From an archaeon GW2011_AR15 (GTDB lineage Archaea > Nanobdellota > Nanobdellia > Woesearchaeales > GW2011-AR15): DNA of 64,000 nucleotides. Both the position numbers and the translations under genes were made by a program. Under the pieces are notes generated by a model, which searched no databases, had not been told where the DNA came from, and saw only the letters and a program-made list of their open reading frames with translations. The stretch is taken from contig CP010425.1 in the NCBI GenBank assembly GCA_000830295.1, positions 576,001-640,000 of the forward strand, given 5' to 3'. Shown in pieces: positions 29,968-41,220 of this stretch (position 1 is its first letter; each line of letters begins with the position of its first letter).

Positions 29968-31119
29968 TTATCTCCCCCACACCAATATATTAAACAGCTC
30001 TCTGCCCTGGTTAAGTGAATATTGTTTTTTTAATTTAAACTTATGGGTTTTGGCATATTCATCAAGTAGCTCATACTCCTTTGCCAGCAGCACAACTTTT
30101 CCTGTTTTTTTCAGTATGTATTCCGCCTGGTAGAAAAGCTCATTGTATATTTTCCTCATCAGCCCGACGTCCTTGTGCTTTGACATCCTTGGAGGGTCTG
30201 ATATTATGAAATCAACATTGTTCTTCCCGAATTTCATGTCCATCCACTCAACTTCTTTCTTGCTTAAAGTTATGTATTTATCCACGCCCGCAAGTTTGGC
30301 ATTCTTCTGGGCTGCATTCAGGAATCTCAGCTGGAAATCATATCCTGATACATTTGTCATTTCCCTTTTTATTTTCTTATCATGCATTTCAAAAAATTTC
30401 TTTTCACCATATTTTTTAAAAAATTCAAAATTGGTAAAAAAGAGCCTGTCCTTGCTGTAGTAATGCACAGGAAACCCCATTGCATACAGCGCAGCCTCTA
30501 TCACAATAACGCCGGAGCCCATGAACGGGTCAACTATCACTGAATCTTTTTTTATGCCGGCTTTCCTCAGCACAGCATAGCCTGTTGTGCCTTTCAGGGC
30601 TTCCGGATGGTTGAATATCTTATACTGCCTCTTTGAGAGATCAATCCCCGCAAAATCAACCCCGAAATACCCACTGTTTCCGTATATGTAGATATAGAAT
30701 ATCACATCAGGCAGGTCATAGTCAATTTCAGGCTTCCCTGTTTTTTTCATCAGCTCAAAAAGACATTTGCTTGCCTCAGCCCCGACATCCACGCTGTGGA
30801 AATCATGCTCGCCTTCCCTGCCTGATTCAACCTTATATTTCCCTAGAAACCATTCACTGATGCCATCTTTCTTTAAACTCCCGGTAAGATTCTTTACTGT
30901 CTTATCAAGCTCTTTCTCTACCTTAAACTCAAACAGGAGAAGAACGGCTTTCGATATAGACTGGGACCTGTAGCATACGGTGCACAGCTCAGAATAGTCT
31001 TTTATGCTGAACTTTGCCAGCGTCTCTGAAACTTCTGCTTTGCTTCCTATAAGCTCTTTTATCTCCTCAGCAGCAACATCCTCAGCGCCTTTGTTGGTTA
31101 TTGCAATTGCCTCGTGCAT
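29968..31119 (-). CDS. THUMP-domain RNA guanine methyltransferase (Trm14/RlmL-like)
   Basis: THUMP region, DLSKRQY, DPFMGSG, SDPP; likely start MHEAI at 31119. Confidence 0.85.
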   Translation of the reverse strand: MHEAIAITNKGAEDVAAEEIKELIGSKAEVSETLAKFSIKDYSELCTVCYRSQSISKAVLLLFEFKVEKELDKTVKNLTGSLKKDGISEWFLGKYKVESGREGEHDFHSVDVGAEASKCLFELMKKTGKPEIDYDLPDVIFYIYIYGNSGYFGVDFAGIDLSKRQYKIFNHPEALKGTTGYAVLRKAGIKKDSVIVDPFMGSGVIVIEAALYAMGFPVHYYSKDRLFFTNFEFFKKYGEKKFFEMHDKKIKREMTNVSGYDFQLRFLNAAQKNAKLAGVDKYITLSKKEVEWMDMKFGKNNVDFIISDPPRMSKHKDVGLMRKIYNELFYQAEYILKKTGKVVLLAKEYELLDEYAKTHKFKLKKQYSLNQGRELFNILVWGR

Positions 31120-31175
31120 GATTAACTGGAAAGGAAAGCTGTTTTTAAGCGTTGCCATGCCGACAGAAATAAGCC

Positions 31176-33602
31176 CTATCCAAGAATTCTCGCAGCATCA
31201 GCTACCTTATCGCCCTGGTTCAGCCTCATCAGCCTGACGCCCTGGGTGTTCCTTCCTATCACAGAAATGAATTTTGCGCTGGTCCTTATTACCTGGCCGT
31301 TGACGCTGATAAGCATAAGCTCGTCTTCGTCACTAACTGATTTTATGACGATGACCCCGCCGTTCCTTTCATTTGTTTTTATGTTTATGACTCCGCTCCC
31401 GCCCCTGTTAATGAGCCTGTAGTCTGATATGGGGGACCTTTTTCCAAATCCGTTTTCAGTGATTGTGAGCAGGGTCCTGTCTTCCTGGGCAACAACCATC
31501 CCTATTACTTCATCACCTTTTTTCTTCAATGTTATTCCCCTGACGCCGAAGGAATGCCTGGCCACAGGCCTTACATCAGTCTCATTGAATTTTACAGCCA
31601 TGCCTTCTTTTGTTGCCAGTATGAGCTGCTTCTCTCCGTTTGTCTTCACGACGCTTATAACATCATCTCCCTCTCTCAGGTTGATTGCCCAGATTCCTCC
31701 CTTCCTGGGCTTTGAATATGCCCTGATCCTTGTCTTCTTCACTAATCCTCCTGTCGTTGCAAATACAAGATATTCATTATCCTTGAATTCTTTCACGGGA
31801 ATCACAGCAGATATTTTCTCGTCCTGCTCCAGCCCCACGAGATTCACTATTGCCTTTCCTTTTGAATACCTTGATGCATCAGGAATCCTGTAGACTTTTG
31901 TCCAGTAAACCCTTCCCTTGTTTGTAAATGTAAGCAGGAATGAGTGCGTGTTTGCAATGAAAAGATGCTCCAGGAAATCCTCTTCTTTTGTCTCTGCTCC
32001 CCTTATTCCCTTGCCTCCCCTTCCCTGCTGCTTGTATTCATCAAGGCTCATCCTTTTTATGTATCCTGAATGGCTTATTGTCACAACAACATCTTCCTCG
32101 TCAATAAGGTCCTCAATATCAAGATCATCTTCATAGGCTATTATTTTTGTCCTTCTCTCATCTCCGTAATTGTCAATAAGTTCCTGCAGCTCTTTCTTTA
32201 TCAGCCCAAGCACTTTGCTCTTGTCTGCAAGTATGCCTTCAAGCTCTGCAATAAGGCTGACAAGCCCAGCATGCTCATCCTTTATTTTCTTCTGCTCAAG
32301 TGCAGCCAGCCTCTGAAGCTTCAGATCAAGTATTGCTTTTGCCTGCTCCTCGCTTAGCTGGTAATCCCTCATCAGCATGTCTTTTGCCTCTGCTGCATCG
32401 GCAGACTTCTTTATTTTCTCAACAACAGCATCAATATGCGCCAATGCTACAAGAAGCCCTTCAAGAATATGGGCCCTCTCCGTGGCTTTCCTTAAATCGT
32501 ATTTTGTCCTTCTTGTTATTATATTGGTCCTGTGCTCTATGTGATATTCAATAAGATTCTTCAGGTTGAGTGTCTTCGGGATATTATTGACAAGGGCAAG
32601 GAACCTTATACCATAGCTCGTCTGGAGCCTTGAATGCTTGTAAAGCTGGTTTATTACCACTTCCGGATTTGTATCCTTTTTCAGGGTTATCACGATTCTC
32701 ATCCCTGTCCTGTCGCTCTCATCCCTCAGCTCTGATATCTCTGTTATTGTCTTCTTCCTTACAAGGTCGGCAATCTCCTCAAGAAGCAGGGATTTGTTTA
32801 TCATGTAGGGGATTTCCTTTACAATAAGCGAGACTCTCCCTTTCTTTTCCTCAGTCTCTATCCTTGCCCTTACCTTGATATTTCCTTTTCCTGTTGCATA
32901 TGCCTGCTTTGCCCCGGCATCCCCGCACAGCAGGCCGCCTGTCGGCAGATCAGGGCCTTTTACAACAGCAGCAAGCTCATTAACGGATATCTCGGGATTG
33001 TCAATATTCATTATTATTGCCCTGCACACATCCTTAAGATTATGCGGGGGTACATTGGTTGCCATTCCGACAGCAATGCCGGATGAGCCGTTCACAAGAA
33101 GATTTGGCACAACGCTCGGAAGTATTTTGGGCTCCTTCAGCGAGCCGTCGAAATTATCCTGCATATCAACTGTTTCCTTTTCAATATCTTTCAGGATCTC
33201 AGATGAAACCTTCTCAAGCCTCGCCTCAGTATACCTCATGGCAGCGGGATTGTCGCCGTCAATGCTTCCGAAGTTTCCCTGCCCGTTAACAAGGGGATAT
33301 CTCAGGGACCATGGCTGCGCCATCCTCACAAGCGCATCATAGACAGAGGAGTCTCCGTGCGGGTGGTATTTACCAAGCGTCTCTCCCACGATTCTTGCGG
33401 ATTTCTTGAAAGGCTTGCCATGCTCCAGGCCGAGCTCCATCATCGTAAACAGGATACGCCTGTGGACAGGCTTTAAGCCGTCCCTCACATCAGGCAGAGC
33501 CCTTGAGACTATGACAGACATAGCATAATCAAGAAAATCTGCCTTCAGCTCATTTTCAATGATTGCCGGAATAACCCTTTCCTGATTACTTTCTTCTGCC
33601 AT
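31176..33602 (-). CDS. gyrA: DNA gyrase subunit A
   Basis: [29 protein letters not shown], GyrA-box QGRGGKG, beta-pinwheel CTD. Confidence 0.97.
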   Translation of the reverse strand: MAEESNQERVIPAIIENELKADFLDYAMSVIVSRALPDVRDGLKPVHRRILFTMMELGLEHGKPFKKSARIVGETLGKYHPHGDSSVYDALVRMAQPWSLRYPLVNGQGNFGSIDGDNPAAMRYTEARLEKVSSEILKDIEKETVDMQDNFDGSLKEPKILPSVVPNLLVNGSSGIAVGMATNVPPHNLKDVCRAIIMNIDNPEISVNELAAVVKGPDLPTGGLLCGDAGAKQAYATGKGNIKVRARIETEEKKGRVSLIVKEIPYMINKSLLLEEIADLVRKKTITEISELRDESDRTGMRIVITLKKDTNPEVVINQLYKHSRLQTSYGIRFLALVNNIPKTLNLKNLIEYHIEHRTNIITRRTKYDLRKATERAHILEGLLVALAHIDAVVEKIKKSADAAEAKDMLMRDYQLSEEQAKAILDLKLQRLAALEQKKIKDEHAGLVSLIAELEGILADKSKVLGLIKKELQELIDNYGDERRTKIIAYEDDLDIEDLIDEEDVVVTISHSGYIKRMSLDEYKQQGRGGKGIRGAETKEEDFLEHLFIANTHSFLLTFTNKGRVYWTKVYRIPDASRYSKGKAIVNLVGLEQDEKISAVIPVKEFKDNEYLVFATTGGLVKKTRIRAYSKPRKGGIWAINLREGDDVISVVKTNGEKQLILATKEGMAVKFNETDVRPVARHSFGVRGITLKKKGDEVIGMVVAQEDRTLLTITENGFGKRSPISDYRLINRGGSGVINIKTNERNGGVIVIKSVSDEDELMLISVNGQVIRTSAKFISVIGRNTQGVRLMRLNQGDKVADAARILG

Positions 33603-33755
33603 TTTTTACACAAAATTCAGCCCAGAAAATGCATATTTTTTTGCAATTTTCTCCTCTATAAACCTGAATATTTCCGCATTTAAAAAGGTTTTGTATTTCT
33701 TGGCCGAAAACCTGGCCGGGTTAACTATAAATATTAGGAGGATATATGGGAGTAT

Positions 33756-34025
33756 ATGGCTACTTTTGAGCAGCTTGAAAAAGACATAAAAGAGATAAAA
33801 GAGAGGAACAAAAAAGTAGAGGCAGACAAGGCCTGGGAGACAAGCTGGGCAAGGAGGATACTGGTTGCAGTCCTGACTTATGCTATAATAGCATATTTCT
33901 TTTATCTTGTCGGACTGCCTAACCCGCTGGCAAATGCATTTGTGCCTATGATTGCATTTGTCCTTTCAACATTGACCCTGTCATTTGCAAAGAAGCTCTG
34001 GGTGGATAGGGTTTACAAAAAATAG
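33756..34025 (+). CDS. Small 2-TM hypothetical protein
   Basis: RNKKVEADKAWETSW plus two hydrophobic helices. Confidence 0.75.
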   Translation: MATFEQLEKDIKEIKERNKKVEADKAWETSWARRILVAVLTYAIIAYFFYLVGLPNPLANAFVPMIAFVLSTLTLSFAKKLWVDRVYKK

Positions 34026-34076
34026 CACACTTCTTTCCCTAAAATTTATAAACATATAATAAGCCACCATAAGTAG

Positions 34077-34760
34077 ATGAGAAAAGAGCCTATAATCAAG
34101 CTTGTGAACGTGTGGAAAACCTACACAATGGGAGAAGTCCAGGTGCATGCCCTGCGGGGACTTGACCTTGAAGTGAAAGAAGGGGAATTCCTTGCAATTA
34201 AAGGTCCTTCCGGCTCAGGAAAAAGCACAGCCATGAACCTTGTCGGATGCCTTGATATACCGACAAAAGGCCATGTCTATCTTGAAGGGAAGGATATTTC
34301 AGCGATGGGGGAGTCTGAACTGGCCCAGGTAAGGGGCAGGAAAATAGGCTTCATATTCCAGCAGTTTAACCTCATAAATACACTGACCGCTTTGGAGAAT
34401 GTAATGCTTCCCATGATGTTCCAGGGATTTCCAGAGGAGCAGAGGAAAAAAAGAGCAGCAGAGCTGCTTACAAAAGTCGGGCTCGGAGACAGGCTTCATC
34501 ATAGGCCTACAGAGCTTTCAGGAGGCCAGCAGCAGCGAGTTGCAATAGCGCGCTCCCTTGCAGTTGACCCTGATGTAATACTTGCGGACGAGCCCACAGG
34601 AAACCTTGATTCCGCAACAGGAAAAACATTCATGGAATTCCTGAGGAAACTCCATAGGGAAGAGAGGAAAACAATAGTAATGGTCACGCATGATGATATG
34701 CTTGCAAAAGAGGCAAGCAGGATCGAGCATATTAAAGACGGACAGCTTGTAAGGAGGTAA
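34077..34760 (+). CDS. ABC transporter ATPase (LolD/MacB-like)
   Basis: [25 protein letters not shown]. Confidence 0.96.
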   Translation: MRKEPIIKLVNVWKTYTMGEVQVHALRGLDLEVKEGEFLAIKGPSGSGKSTAMNLVGCLDIPTKGHVYLEGKDISAMGESELAQVRGRKIGFIFQQFNLINTLTALENVMLPMMFQGFPEEQRKKRAAELLTKVGLGDRLHHRPTELSGGQQQRVAIARSLAVDPDVILADEPTGNLDSATGKTFMEFLRKLHREERKTIVMVTHDDMLAKEASRIEHIKDGQLVRR

Positions 34761-34763
34761 AAA

Positions 34764-36050
34764 ATGAAACTTAAAACAGTACTAACAGTTCTTTTTATGA
34801 TGGTCATGTTTACAGCAATTGTAAGCGCGCAGGCAATAATTGCGCCGACACTCGAAATGACTTTGCTCAACCAGGACCCGGACCCTGTAACACCCGGACA
34901 GTATGTTGAGCTCAGGTTCAGGGTGCATAATGACCAGACCAATACACTGGCAAGGAATGTCCATGTCAGGGTCCTTCCGAGCTATCCGTTCTCAGCAGTT
35001 TCAGGAAGCCCTACAGAAGTAAGCCTTGGAGACCTCCCAGGCACAACACTGAGAAATGAGATGATTACTGTAAAATTCAAGCTGAAAGTTGACGAGAACG
35101 CTGTCGAAGGGGATATCCCCCTGAAGCTGGAATACTCATTCAACAACATTTCTGTGACCCAGGAATTTGATGTCAGGATACAGACTGTGGATGCAAATCT
35201 CGGCATAGTTTCAATATCCTCATCTCCTGAAGAGATACTCCCCGGAGAGATGACAAAGCTGAGCGTAAGATTCAGGAATTTTGCGGATTCCACAATGAGG
35301 GACATCAGCCTCAAGCTTGACTTCGGGTATTCACACCTCCTTGACGAATCAACAGCAATAACTCCGACAGAATCGATAAATGCATTCAACTCACTTCCGT
35401 TTGTCCCTGTAGGCAGCTCATCAGAGCAAAAGCTGAGTGTGCTGGAGCCGGGCGAGGAATACACCTTTACATACAATATAATGACCTATACAGATGCAGA
35501 ATCAAAGGTCTATAAAGTGCCGGTCCAGATAACCTATCATGATGAAGTAGGCACCAACTATACAAAGCAGGATATAGTCGGCCTTGTTGTGGGTGGTGAG
35601 CCGGAGATATACGGGATTGTTGATGATTCCACATTAGCCAGGGGCGGCAGGTCAGGAAACGTGGTGATAAGGTTTGTCAACAGGGGGGTTACAGACGCAA
35701 GATTCGTCAATGTAAAGCTCCTCGAGACAGATGATTATGAAGTTGTTTCAGCAGGCGAGGTCTATCTTGGAGATGTTGACAGCGACGACTATGAAACAGC
35801 AGAATTCGACATCTACTCAAAAAGATCCGCAAGGGAGCCAAGGGACCTGAAGTTTGAGATGGAATACAAGGGAGCTGACAATGTCCTCTACACAAAAGAG
35901 CTCAATGTAACGCTCACCCCTGTAGATGCAGGCAAGCTTGGACAGGGCAGGAGCCCAGCAGGCTTGATAATCGTGCTGATACTTCTGGGAGCAGGCGGCT
36001 ATATCTACTGGAGAAGGCAGCAGGCAAAGAAAAAGCACAGCAGGAAATGA
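34764..36050 (+). CDS. COG1361-type S-layer-domain protein
   Basis: Signal peptide, QDPDPVTPG, Ig-like repeats, [16 protein letters not shown]-terminal TM; lies in the ABC operon. Confidence 0.8.
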   Translation: MKLKTVLTVLFMMVMFTAIVSAQAIIAPTLEMTLLNQDPDPVTPGQYVELRFRVHNDQTNTLARNVHVRVLPSYPFSAVSGSPTEVSLGDLPGTTLRNEMITVKFKLKVDENAVEGDIPLKLEYSFNNISVTQEFDVRIQTVDANLGIVSISSSPEEILPGEMTKLSVRFRNFADSTMRDISLKLDFGYSHLLDESTAITPTESINAFNSLPFVPVGSSSEQKLSVLEPGEEYTFTYNIMTYTDAESKVYKVPVQITYHDEVGTNYTKQDIVGLVVGGEPEIYGIVDDSTLARGGRSGNVVIRFVNRGVTDARFVNVKLLETDDYEVVSAGEVYLGDVDSDDYETAEFDIYSKRSAREPRDLKFEMEYKGADNVLYTKELNVTLTPVDAGKLGQGRSPAGLIIVLILLGAGGYIYWRRQQAKKKHSRK

Positions 36051-37267
36051 TAAAGGATTACATCAGGCTGTCGTTCCTTAGTCTCAGCCACAGGAAGCTA
36101 AGAAGCTGGCTGACAATGATAGGTATATTCATAGGAATAGCAGCCGTAATTTCCTTAATCGGCCTTGGAGAAGGCCTCAGGGTGGCTGTCAGAAACCAGT
36201 TTGGCTTTCTTGGAAATGATGTGCTGAGTGTGCAGGCATCAGGGCTTGATTATGCAGGCCCTCCGGGAACAGGCGCCGTTAATCCGCTTGAGGACACTCT
36301 TTATGAGAAGATACAGCGGCTTAACGGCGTAGAGACAGCATTCAACAGGTATATAGAGACAGGAAGGCTGGAATTCAATGATAAGCAGATAGTAGTGCCT
36401 GTAGGGTCTATCCCTATGGGCGAAGACAAAAAAATTCTGGAGAGGATGCTCAACATAGAGATGGCATCTGGCAGAGTATTGAGGGACAGCGACAGCAAAG
36501 GAGTCGTAGTGGGAAGCAGCATTGCTGATGAAAACTCATTTGGAAGGAAGCTTGAAGCAGGCAACAGGGTTGTGCTTAACGGAATTGAATTTGAAGTAAT
36601 AGGGATTCTTGAGCCAAAAGGCAGCTTCATACTTGACAACTCAGTAATGATTAACGAGGACTCCCTGCTTGATATATTCGGAGATGCCGGCACTACGGAC
36701 GTGATTGCTGTGAAGGTGAGAGATGAAAAAGAGATAGCGTCTGTGAAAACATCAATTGAAAACCTTCTGAGAAAGGAAAGAGATGTTAAAGAGGGGGAGG
36801 AGAATTTCAATGTCCAGTCTCCGCAGAATATTCTTGACACCCTGGACAGCACGTTGTTTGCAGTGCAGATTTTTATTTATGTCATAGCCACTATTTCACT
36901 GGTTGTGGGCGGCATAGGCATAATGAATACAATGTATACAGCAGTCCTTGAGAGGACAAAAGAGATAGGCATAATGAAGGCAATAGGGGCAAGGAACTCA
37001 ACCATATTCCTCCTGTTTTCAATGGAATCCGGATTCCTCGGGATGGTCGGAGGAATAATAGGCGTGCTCATTGGATTAGTGCTGGCATATGGCCTTTCAT
37101 TTATAGGACGACTTGTTTTGGGATCTGACCTGATACAGGCGAATATCAGCATCGCGCTTATAGTTTTCGCCCTTTTGTTTTCATTTCTGCTTGGAACAGT
37201 ATTTGGCGTATTGCCGGCGGTGCAGGCCTCAAAGATGCAGCCTGTGGAGGCGCTGAGGTCACAATGA
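36047..37267 (+). CDS. ABC permease (MacB/FtsX family)
   Basis: RSWLTMIGIFIG, GIMNTMYTAVLERTKEIGIMKAIGA. Confidence 0.94.
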   Translation: MIKDYIRLSFLSLSHRKLRSWLTMIGIFIGIAAVISLIGLGEGLRVAVRNQFGFLGNDVLSVQASGLDYAGPPGTGAVNPLEDTLYEKIQRLNGVETAFNRYIETGRLEFNDKQIVVPVGSIPMGEDKKILERMLNIEMASGRVLRDSDSKGVVVGSSIADENSFGRKLEAGNRVVLNGIEFEVIGILEPKGSFILDNSVMINEDSLLDIFGDAGTTDVIAVKVRDEKEIASVKTSIENLLRKERDVKEGEENFNVQSPQNILDTLDSTLFAVQIFIYVIATISLVVGGIGIMNTMYTAVLERTKEIGIMKAIGARNSTIFLLFSMESGFLGMVGGIIGVLIGLVLAYGLSFIGRLVLGSDLIQANISIALIVFALLFSFLLGTVFGVLPAVQASKMQPVEALRSQ

Positions 37268-38472
37268 GCAGCCTTCTCAAATATGCAATAGGGAACCTGC
37301 TGCACAGGAAAACAAGAAGCTGGCTTACTGTGCTTTCTATACTCATGGGCATAATGGCCGTATTTGCGCTTATGAGCTTCGGGTTGGGAATCCAGGCATA
37401 TGTTGAGGAAGTCGGGGAATCTACTGGAGCCGATAAGCTGTTCCTGCAGGGAAAAGGAATAGGTGCTCCAGGCACAGACACAAGCTTCTCAATCCCGAAA
37501 GAGGATGTTGATTTTCTCGGAAAAATAAGAGGGGTAAAGGATATAGCAGGGCTCTATTTCCAGGCTGCTGCAATCAAGTTCAATGACCAGATAAAGTATA
37601 ACTGGGCAATGGGAAATGAGCCCAGGGACTGGAGGTTTCTGGAGCAGTCTTTTGGCGGCGGGATAGAGACAGGCAGGGAGCTGAAGCAGGGGGACATAAG
37701 CAAAGTTGTGCTGGGATACAATTACCAGATTGAAGACAAGGTCTTCGGGAGAGCAGTTGCGCTTGGGGACAAAGTGGAGATAAATGACAGGGAATTTGAG
37801 GTTGTGGGATTCTACAGCGAGATAGGAAATCCGTCTGATGATGCGAATATCTACCTTACAGATGAGGCAATGGAGCTCATGTACCCTTCTATAAAAAATA
37901 AATACGGCTTCGTGATAATACAGGCAGACAGGGACGTTGATCCAACTGCCCTTGCAGAAAGGGTAGAAGAAGAATACAGGGAGCACAAGGGGCAGGAAGA
38001 AGGAAAGGAAGATTTCTATGTCCAGACATTCACCGACCTGCTGGAGACATTCGGCTCAATAATTACAGTCCTTAACAGTGTCCTGCTCCTCATCGCCCTG
38101 ATATCACTTATCGTGGCCTCAGTGAATATAATGAATACGATGTATACCTCAGTCCTTGAAAGGACAAAGGAAATAGGTGTGATGAAGGCAATAGGTGCAA
38201 GGAACACCAGCATCATGAAAATATTCATATACGAGTCAGGGATTCTCGGCCTTATAGGGGGCATCCTGGGAGTGGTACTTGGTTTCCTGGTGGCATCCGC
38301 AGCTGGAGGAGCAGCCGCAGCCGCAGGCTATTCTTCATTGCGGCCTATATTTCCTGTTTTCCTTGTACTTGGATGCCTCTTGTTTTCCTTTCTCATAGGG
38401 GCAGCGTCAGGCTTTTTCCCTGCATTAAAGGCTTCTAAATTAAAGCCTGCAAATGCGCTCAGATACGAATAA
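37264..38472 (+). CDS. ABC permease (MacB/FtsX family)
   Basis: RSWLTVLSI, IMNTMYTSVLERTKEIG, ALRYE. Confidence 0.94.
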   Translation: MSSLLKYAIGNLLHRKTRSWLTVLSILMGIMAVFALMSFGLGIQAYVEEVGESTGADKLFLQGKGIGAPGTDTSFSIPKEDVDFLGKIRGVKDIAGLYFQAAAIKFNDQIKYNWAMGNEPRDWRFLEQSFGGGIETGRELKQGDISKVVLGYNYQIEDKVFGRAVALGDKVEINDREFEVVGFYSEIGNPSDDANIYLTDEAMELMYPSIKNKYGFVIIQADRDVDPTALAERVEEEYREHKGQEEGKEDFYVQTFTDLLETFGSIITVLNSVLLLIALISLIVASVNIMNTMYTSVLERTKEIGVMKAIGARNTSIMKIFIYESGILGLIGGILGVVLGFLVASAAGGAAAAAGYSSLRPIFPVFLVLGCLLFSFLIGAASGFFPALKASKLKPANALRYE

Positions 38473-38555
38473 CTTGACTTTTTTTTAGGAATCTTTTTAA
38501 ATGGAACCCCATTTAGCTATGATAAATACATATTTATTTACGGAGGTAAATCATT

Positions 38556-38699
38556 ATGGCAGACGGATATTGTGTTAAATGCAAAACAAAAAGACAGATG
38601 GCAGATGCCAAGGAAGTTACAATGAAAAACGGCAGGAAAGCCATGAAAGGCAAGTGTCCAAAGTGCGGCACAGGCATGTACAAGATCTTAGGGAAGTAA
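38556..38699 (+). CDS. 47-aa basic zinc-ribbon protein (DUF5679-like)
   Basis: YCVKCKTKRQM..MKNGRKAMKGKCPKCGTGMYKI; GGAGGT RBS; T-rich tract downstream. Confidence 0.85.
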   Translation: MADGYCVKCKTKRQMADAKEVTMKNGRKAMKGKCPKCGTGMYKILGK

Positions 38700-38766
38700 T
38701 CCCCTTATTTTTCTTTTAATTTTTTTACGATATATTTATATACTATATTTCCCTTAAACACTCCCT

Positions 38767-39639
38767 ATGGTAAAGGCAAATGTCGACAGGATTCTCGAGA
38801 TTCTCAGGCAGAAAAAATCTCTCAATATAAAGGATCTTGCATCACAGCTCGGGATAAAGAAAGAGGACGCTGAGAAATCTGCAGAATACCTGGAGCAGGA
38901 TGGCGTAGTAAGGATAGAGCACAGGTTCCCGAATACAATTGTCGCGCTTGTAGGTGATGCTTCATCTTTTGGAAATACTGACAGCAGCATGATGCCACCC
39001 CTTGACCTGCAAAAACAACAGGAGACAAAAGAGCAGCCAGCTGGGAAAAAGCCAATGCTCCCCAAGCTTAGCATACCGAAACTGAAGCAGGCAAAGCCTG
39101 AAGCAAAGCAGCCGAAACCAGAACCCGTAAACCAGTTCCCGCAGCCATCATGGCCAGGGCAGAAAGGCCAGAAAAAGGTTGAGTGGCCCGGACTGGAGAA
39201 TCAGAAGAAAGCTGAATGGCCGGAAGATATAAAGAAGACAGTAAAAACAGAAGAGAAAAAGCAGGATGTTCCAAAAACACCAAAAAAAGAAGAGCCCGTG
39301 ATACTTAAGGATGAAAACCCTCTTGAGCCCGAGACTCCGGGATTCTATATGGCTCCGCCTGATCCTGACGGGGAGCATGTCTACCACTTTGAAGCCTATT
39401 ATGACTTTCCTGAAGACATAAAGACGGATTCTGACAAAATCAGTTTTCTTCTCACTGAGATAAATAAAAAAATAGCATCCAGGAACTATGACGGCCTTAA
39501 CAAGATGTACAGGGTGCTTTATGACATATACAACAACACAGTAAGCATGAGTCCTAATGAGCTGTACCGGACTGCCGGAATAATCCAGGCGGTCTTTGAT
39601 AAGATTAAGAATTTATACATGAAACAGCAGGCAGTTTAA
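38767..39639 (+). CDS. Hypothetical protein with N-terminal winged HTH and Pro/Lys-rich linker
   Basis: LNIKDLASQLGI..AEYLEQDGVVRI. Confidence 0.7.
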   Translation: MVKANVDRILEILRQKKSLNIKDLASQLGIKKEDAEKSAEYLEQDGVVRIEHRFPNTIVALVGDASSFGNTDSSMMPPLDLQKQQETKEQPAGKKPMLPKLSIPKLKQAKPEAKQPKPEPVNQFPQPSWPGQKGQKKVEWPGLENQKKAEWPEDIKKTVKTEEKKQDVPKTPKKEEPVILKDENPLEPETPGFYMAPPDPDGEHVYHFEAYYDFPEDIKTDSDKISFLLTEINKKIASRNYDGLNKMYRVLYDIYNNTVSMSPNELYRTAGIIQAVFDKIKNLYMKQQAV

Positions 39640-39675
39640 TAAGATTTTTAAAACACTGTTAATTCTTTCTCTATT

Positions 39676-39778
39676 CATGCGCCTTGTAGCTCACATGAAT
39701 CAACTGTCCTGTCGGTTGACACCGGTGTGCGGCGTGCGCTCATTAGTGAGCTTAGCCCCACTAATAAAGAAAAAACAT

Positions 39779-39792
<14 letters not shown>
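39676..39792 (+). mobile_element. Two-hairpin element copy E with duplication of the tRNA-Arg 5' end
   Basis: CATGCGCCT(T)GTAGCTCA at 39676-39693 and 39776-39792; shares TGTCGGTTGACACC with copy A; GTGCGGC..GCCCCAC; A-rich tail. Confidence 0.8.
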
Positions 39793-39853
<61 letters not shown>

Positions 39854-39867
39854 CTTTTCTTTTGCTC

Positions 39868-40278
39868 CTATACATATATGCCGACAGAATAAGATTTATA
39901 CAATTTTCCGGCTATATTGCCGCGGGTTCCAAGATTCATCAGCAGGAGATTTGAAAGCTCCTCTGACATTGGTTGTCCGTTCCTTTCAGGGGACCAGATT
40001 TTTTTCTCTGCTGAATAAACCAGGTGTGCCTGGGAAACAAAATCTTTCAGCAGGCTTCTCTGGAGAGGGCCGAAGTTAAATTTAGCCTCAATTCTTCCTA
40101 TCATCTCTTCAAGATAATAATCTGTGCCGGAAGGATTTGAATCATAGATAATTCTATAAGCTGCATAAGCATCAAGAACAAGCCTGAATTCACTCATCTC
40201 CAACTTTTCTTTACGTAATGCCTCAAGCAGCTTTTTTTCTTCCTTTGTATAGGTCGGCATATTCAGTCGAAGAAGCAT
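39868..40278 (-). CDS. Hypothetical protein
   Basis: ORF fills the gap; no recognised motif. Confidence 0.55.
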   Translation of the reverse strand: MLLRLNMPTYTKEEKKLLEALRKEKLEMSEFRLVLDAYAAYRIIYDSNPSGTDYYLEEMIGRIEAKFNFGPLQRSLLKDFVSQAHLVYSAEKKIWSPERNGQPMSEELSNLLLMNLGTRGNIAGKLYKSYSVGIYV

Positions 40279-40336
40279 CTTATATTTAAAATTAGCCTGA
40301 TTAAATTTAAATATCGGGGTTTATTGCCCTTGAGCT

Positions 40337-41014
40337 ATGGACAGGGAGCAGCTTCTGGCAGTGTATAATGTGAGGAGAGACAGGATAAAGTCAAGGCTAG
40401 GTGAGTTTACGCGATTCTACAATGAGCCTGTCTCATGGTTTTATGAGGAGAAAAGCATGGTATTGAAGCCTGTTGACAGAGACCATAATGAAAGGATATT
40501 TGAGGAGCTCTGCTTCTGCCTTATGACTGCCAACACCTCAGCAGAGATGGGGCTGAAAGGCGTAGATGGCATAAGAAAGATACTTTTTACAGGCTCTCTG
40601 GAAGATATACAGCTGGCGCTTGCTGATGCAGGATACAGGTATCCCAACAAAAGGGCAGAGTATATTATCGAAGCGAGAGAAAGGTTTTCAGATGTAAGGG
40701 AGCTTGTTGAAAGCCATGAGGACAAAAAGAAGCTCAGGGAGCATCTTGCAGAGAATGTGAAGGGTTTGGGATACAAGGAAGCCAGCCATTTCCTTAGGAA
40801 TATAGGGGTTTTCGGGCTGGCAATACTTGACAAGCACATCCTCAGGACAATGCATGAGCATGGTGTGATTGAAGGGCTGCCAAAATCGCTGAACAGGAAA
40901 AATTATTTAGATATAGAAGAAAAATTTATTAAGTTTGCAGATGAGCTTGAGATAAACATGGACGAGCTCGACCTCCTGCTGTGGTCAATGAAGAACGGCA
41001 GGATTTTGAAATAG
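40337..41014 (+). CDS. ogg: 8-oxoguanine DNA glycosylase/AP lyase (archaeal Ogg)
   Basis: FEELCFCLMTAN, VKGLGYKEASHFLRN, AILDKHIL. Confidence 0.93.
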   Translation: MDREQLLAVYNVRRDRIKSRLGEFTRFYNEPVSWFYEEKSMVLKPVDRDHNERIFEELCFCLMTANTSAEMGLKGVDGIRKILFTGSLEDIQLALADAGYRYPNKRAEYIIEARERFSDVRELVESHEDKKKLREHLAENVKGLGYKEASHFLRNIGVFGLAILDKHILRTMHEHGVIEGLPKSLNRKNYLDIEEKFIKFADELEINMDELDLLLWSMKNGRILK

Positions 41015-41015
41015 C

Positions 41016-41166
41016 ACGGTAGTGGTCTAACGGCATGACACGACCCTCCCAACCTTTTAAGAAAAGGTTGGCGAAAACAGGTGGGTTTCTTCACCTTGTT
41101 CGTCAAGCCCACATCAAAAAAAGGGAGAGTGAGGTCGATATCCGGGTTCAATTCCCGGCTACCGTA
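41016..41166 (+). tRNA. tRNA-Gly(CCC) with 80-nt intron/insertion (41052-41131)
   Basis: ACGGTAG/CTACCGT acceptor, CGACC/GGTCG anticodon stem, CT-CCC-A loop, CCGGG-TTCAATT-CCCGG. Confidence 0.85.
41049..41122 (+). mobile_element. Two-hairpin element copy F inside the tRNA-Gly anticodon loop
   Basis: CCAACCTTTTAAGAAAAGGTTGG-CGAAAACA-GGTGGGTTTC..TCAAGCCCACAT-CAAAAAAA, colinear with the reverse complement of copy C. Confidence 0.8.
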
Positions 41167-41220
41167 TTTTTTCTAATTCAATAGATTTTAATACTTAAAT
41201 TGTTTTAAAACTGCCCAGAG

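Noticed and set aside
36900-38220. Similar DNA segments in the two ABC permease genes
   Set aside because: This is the expected conserved FtsX-domain motif in paralogs.
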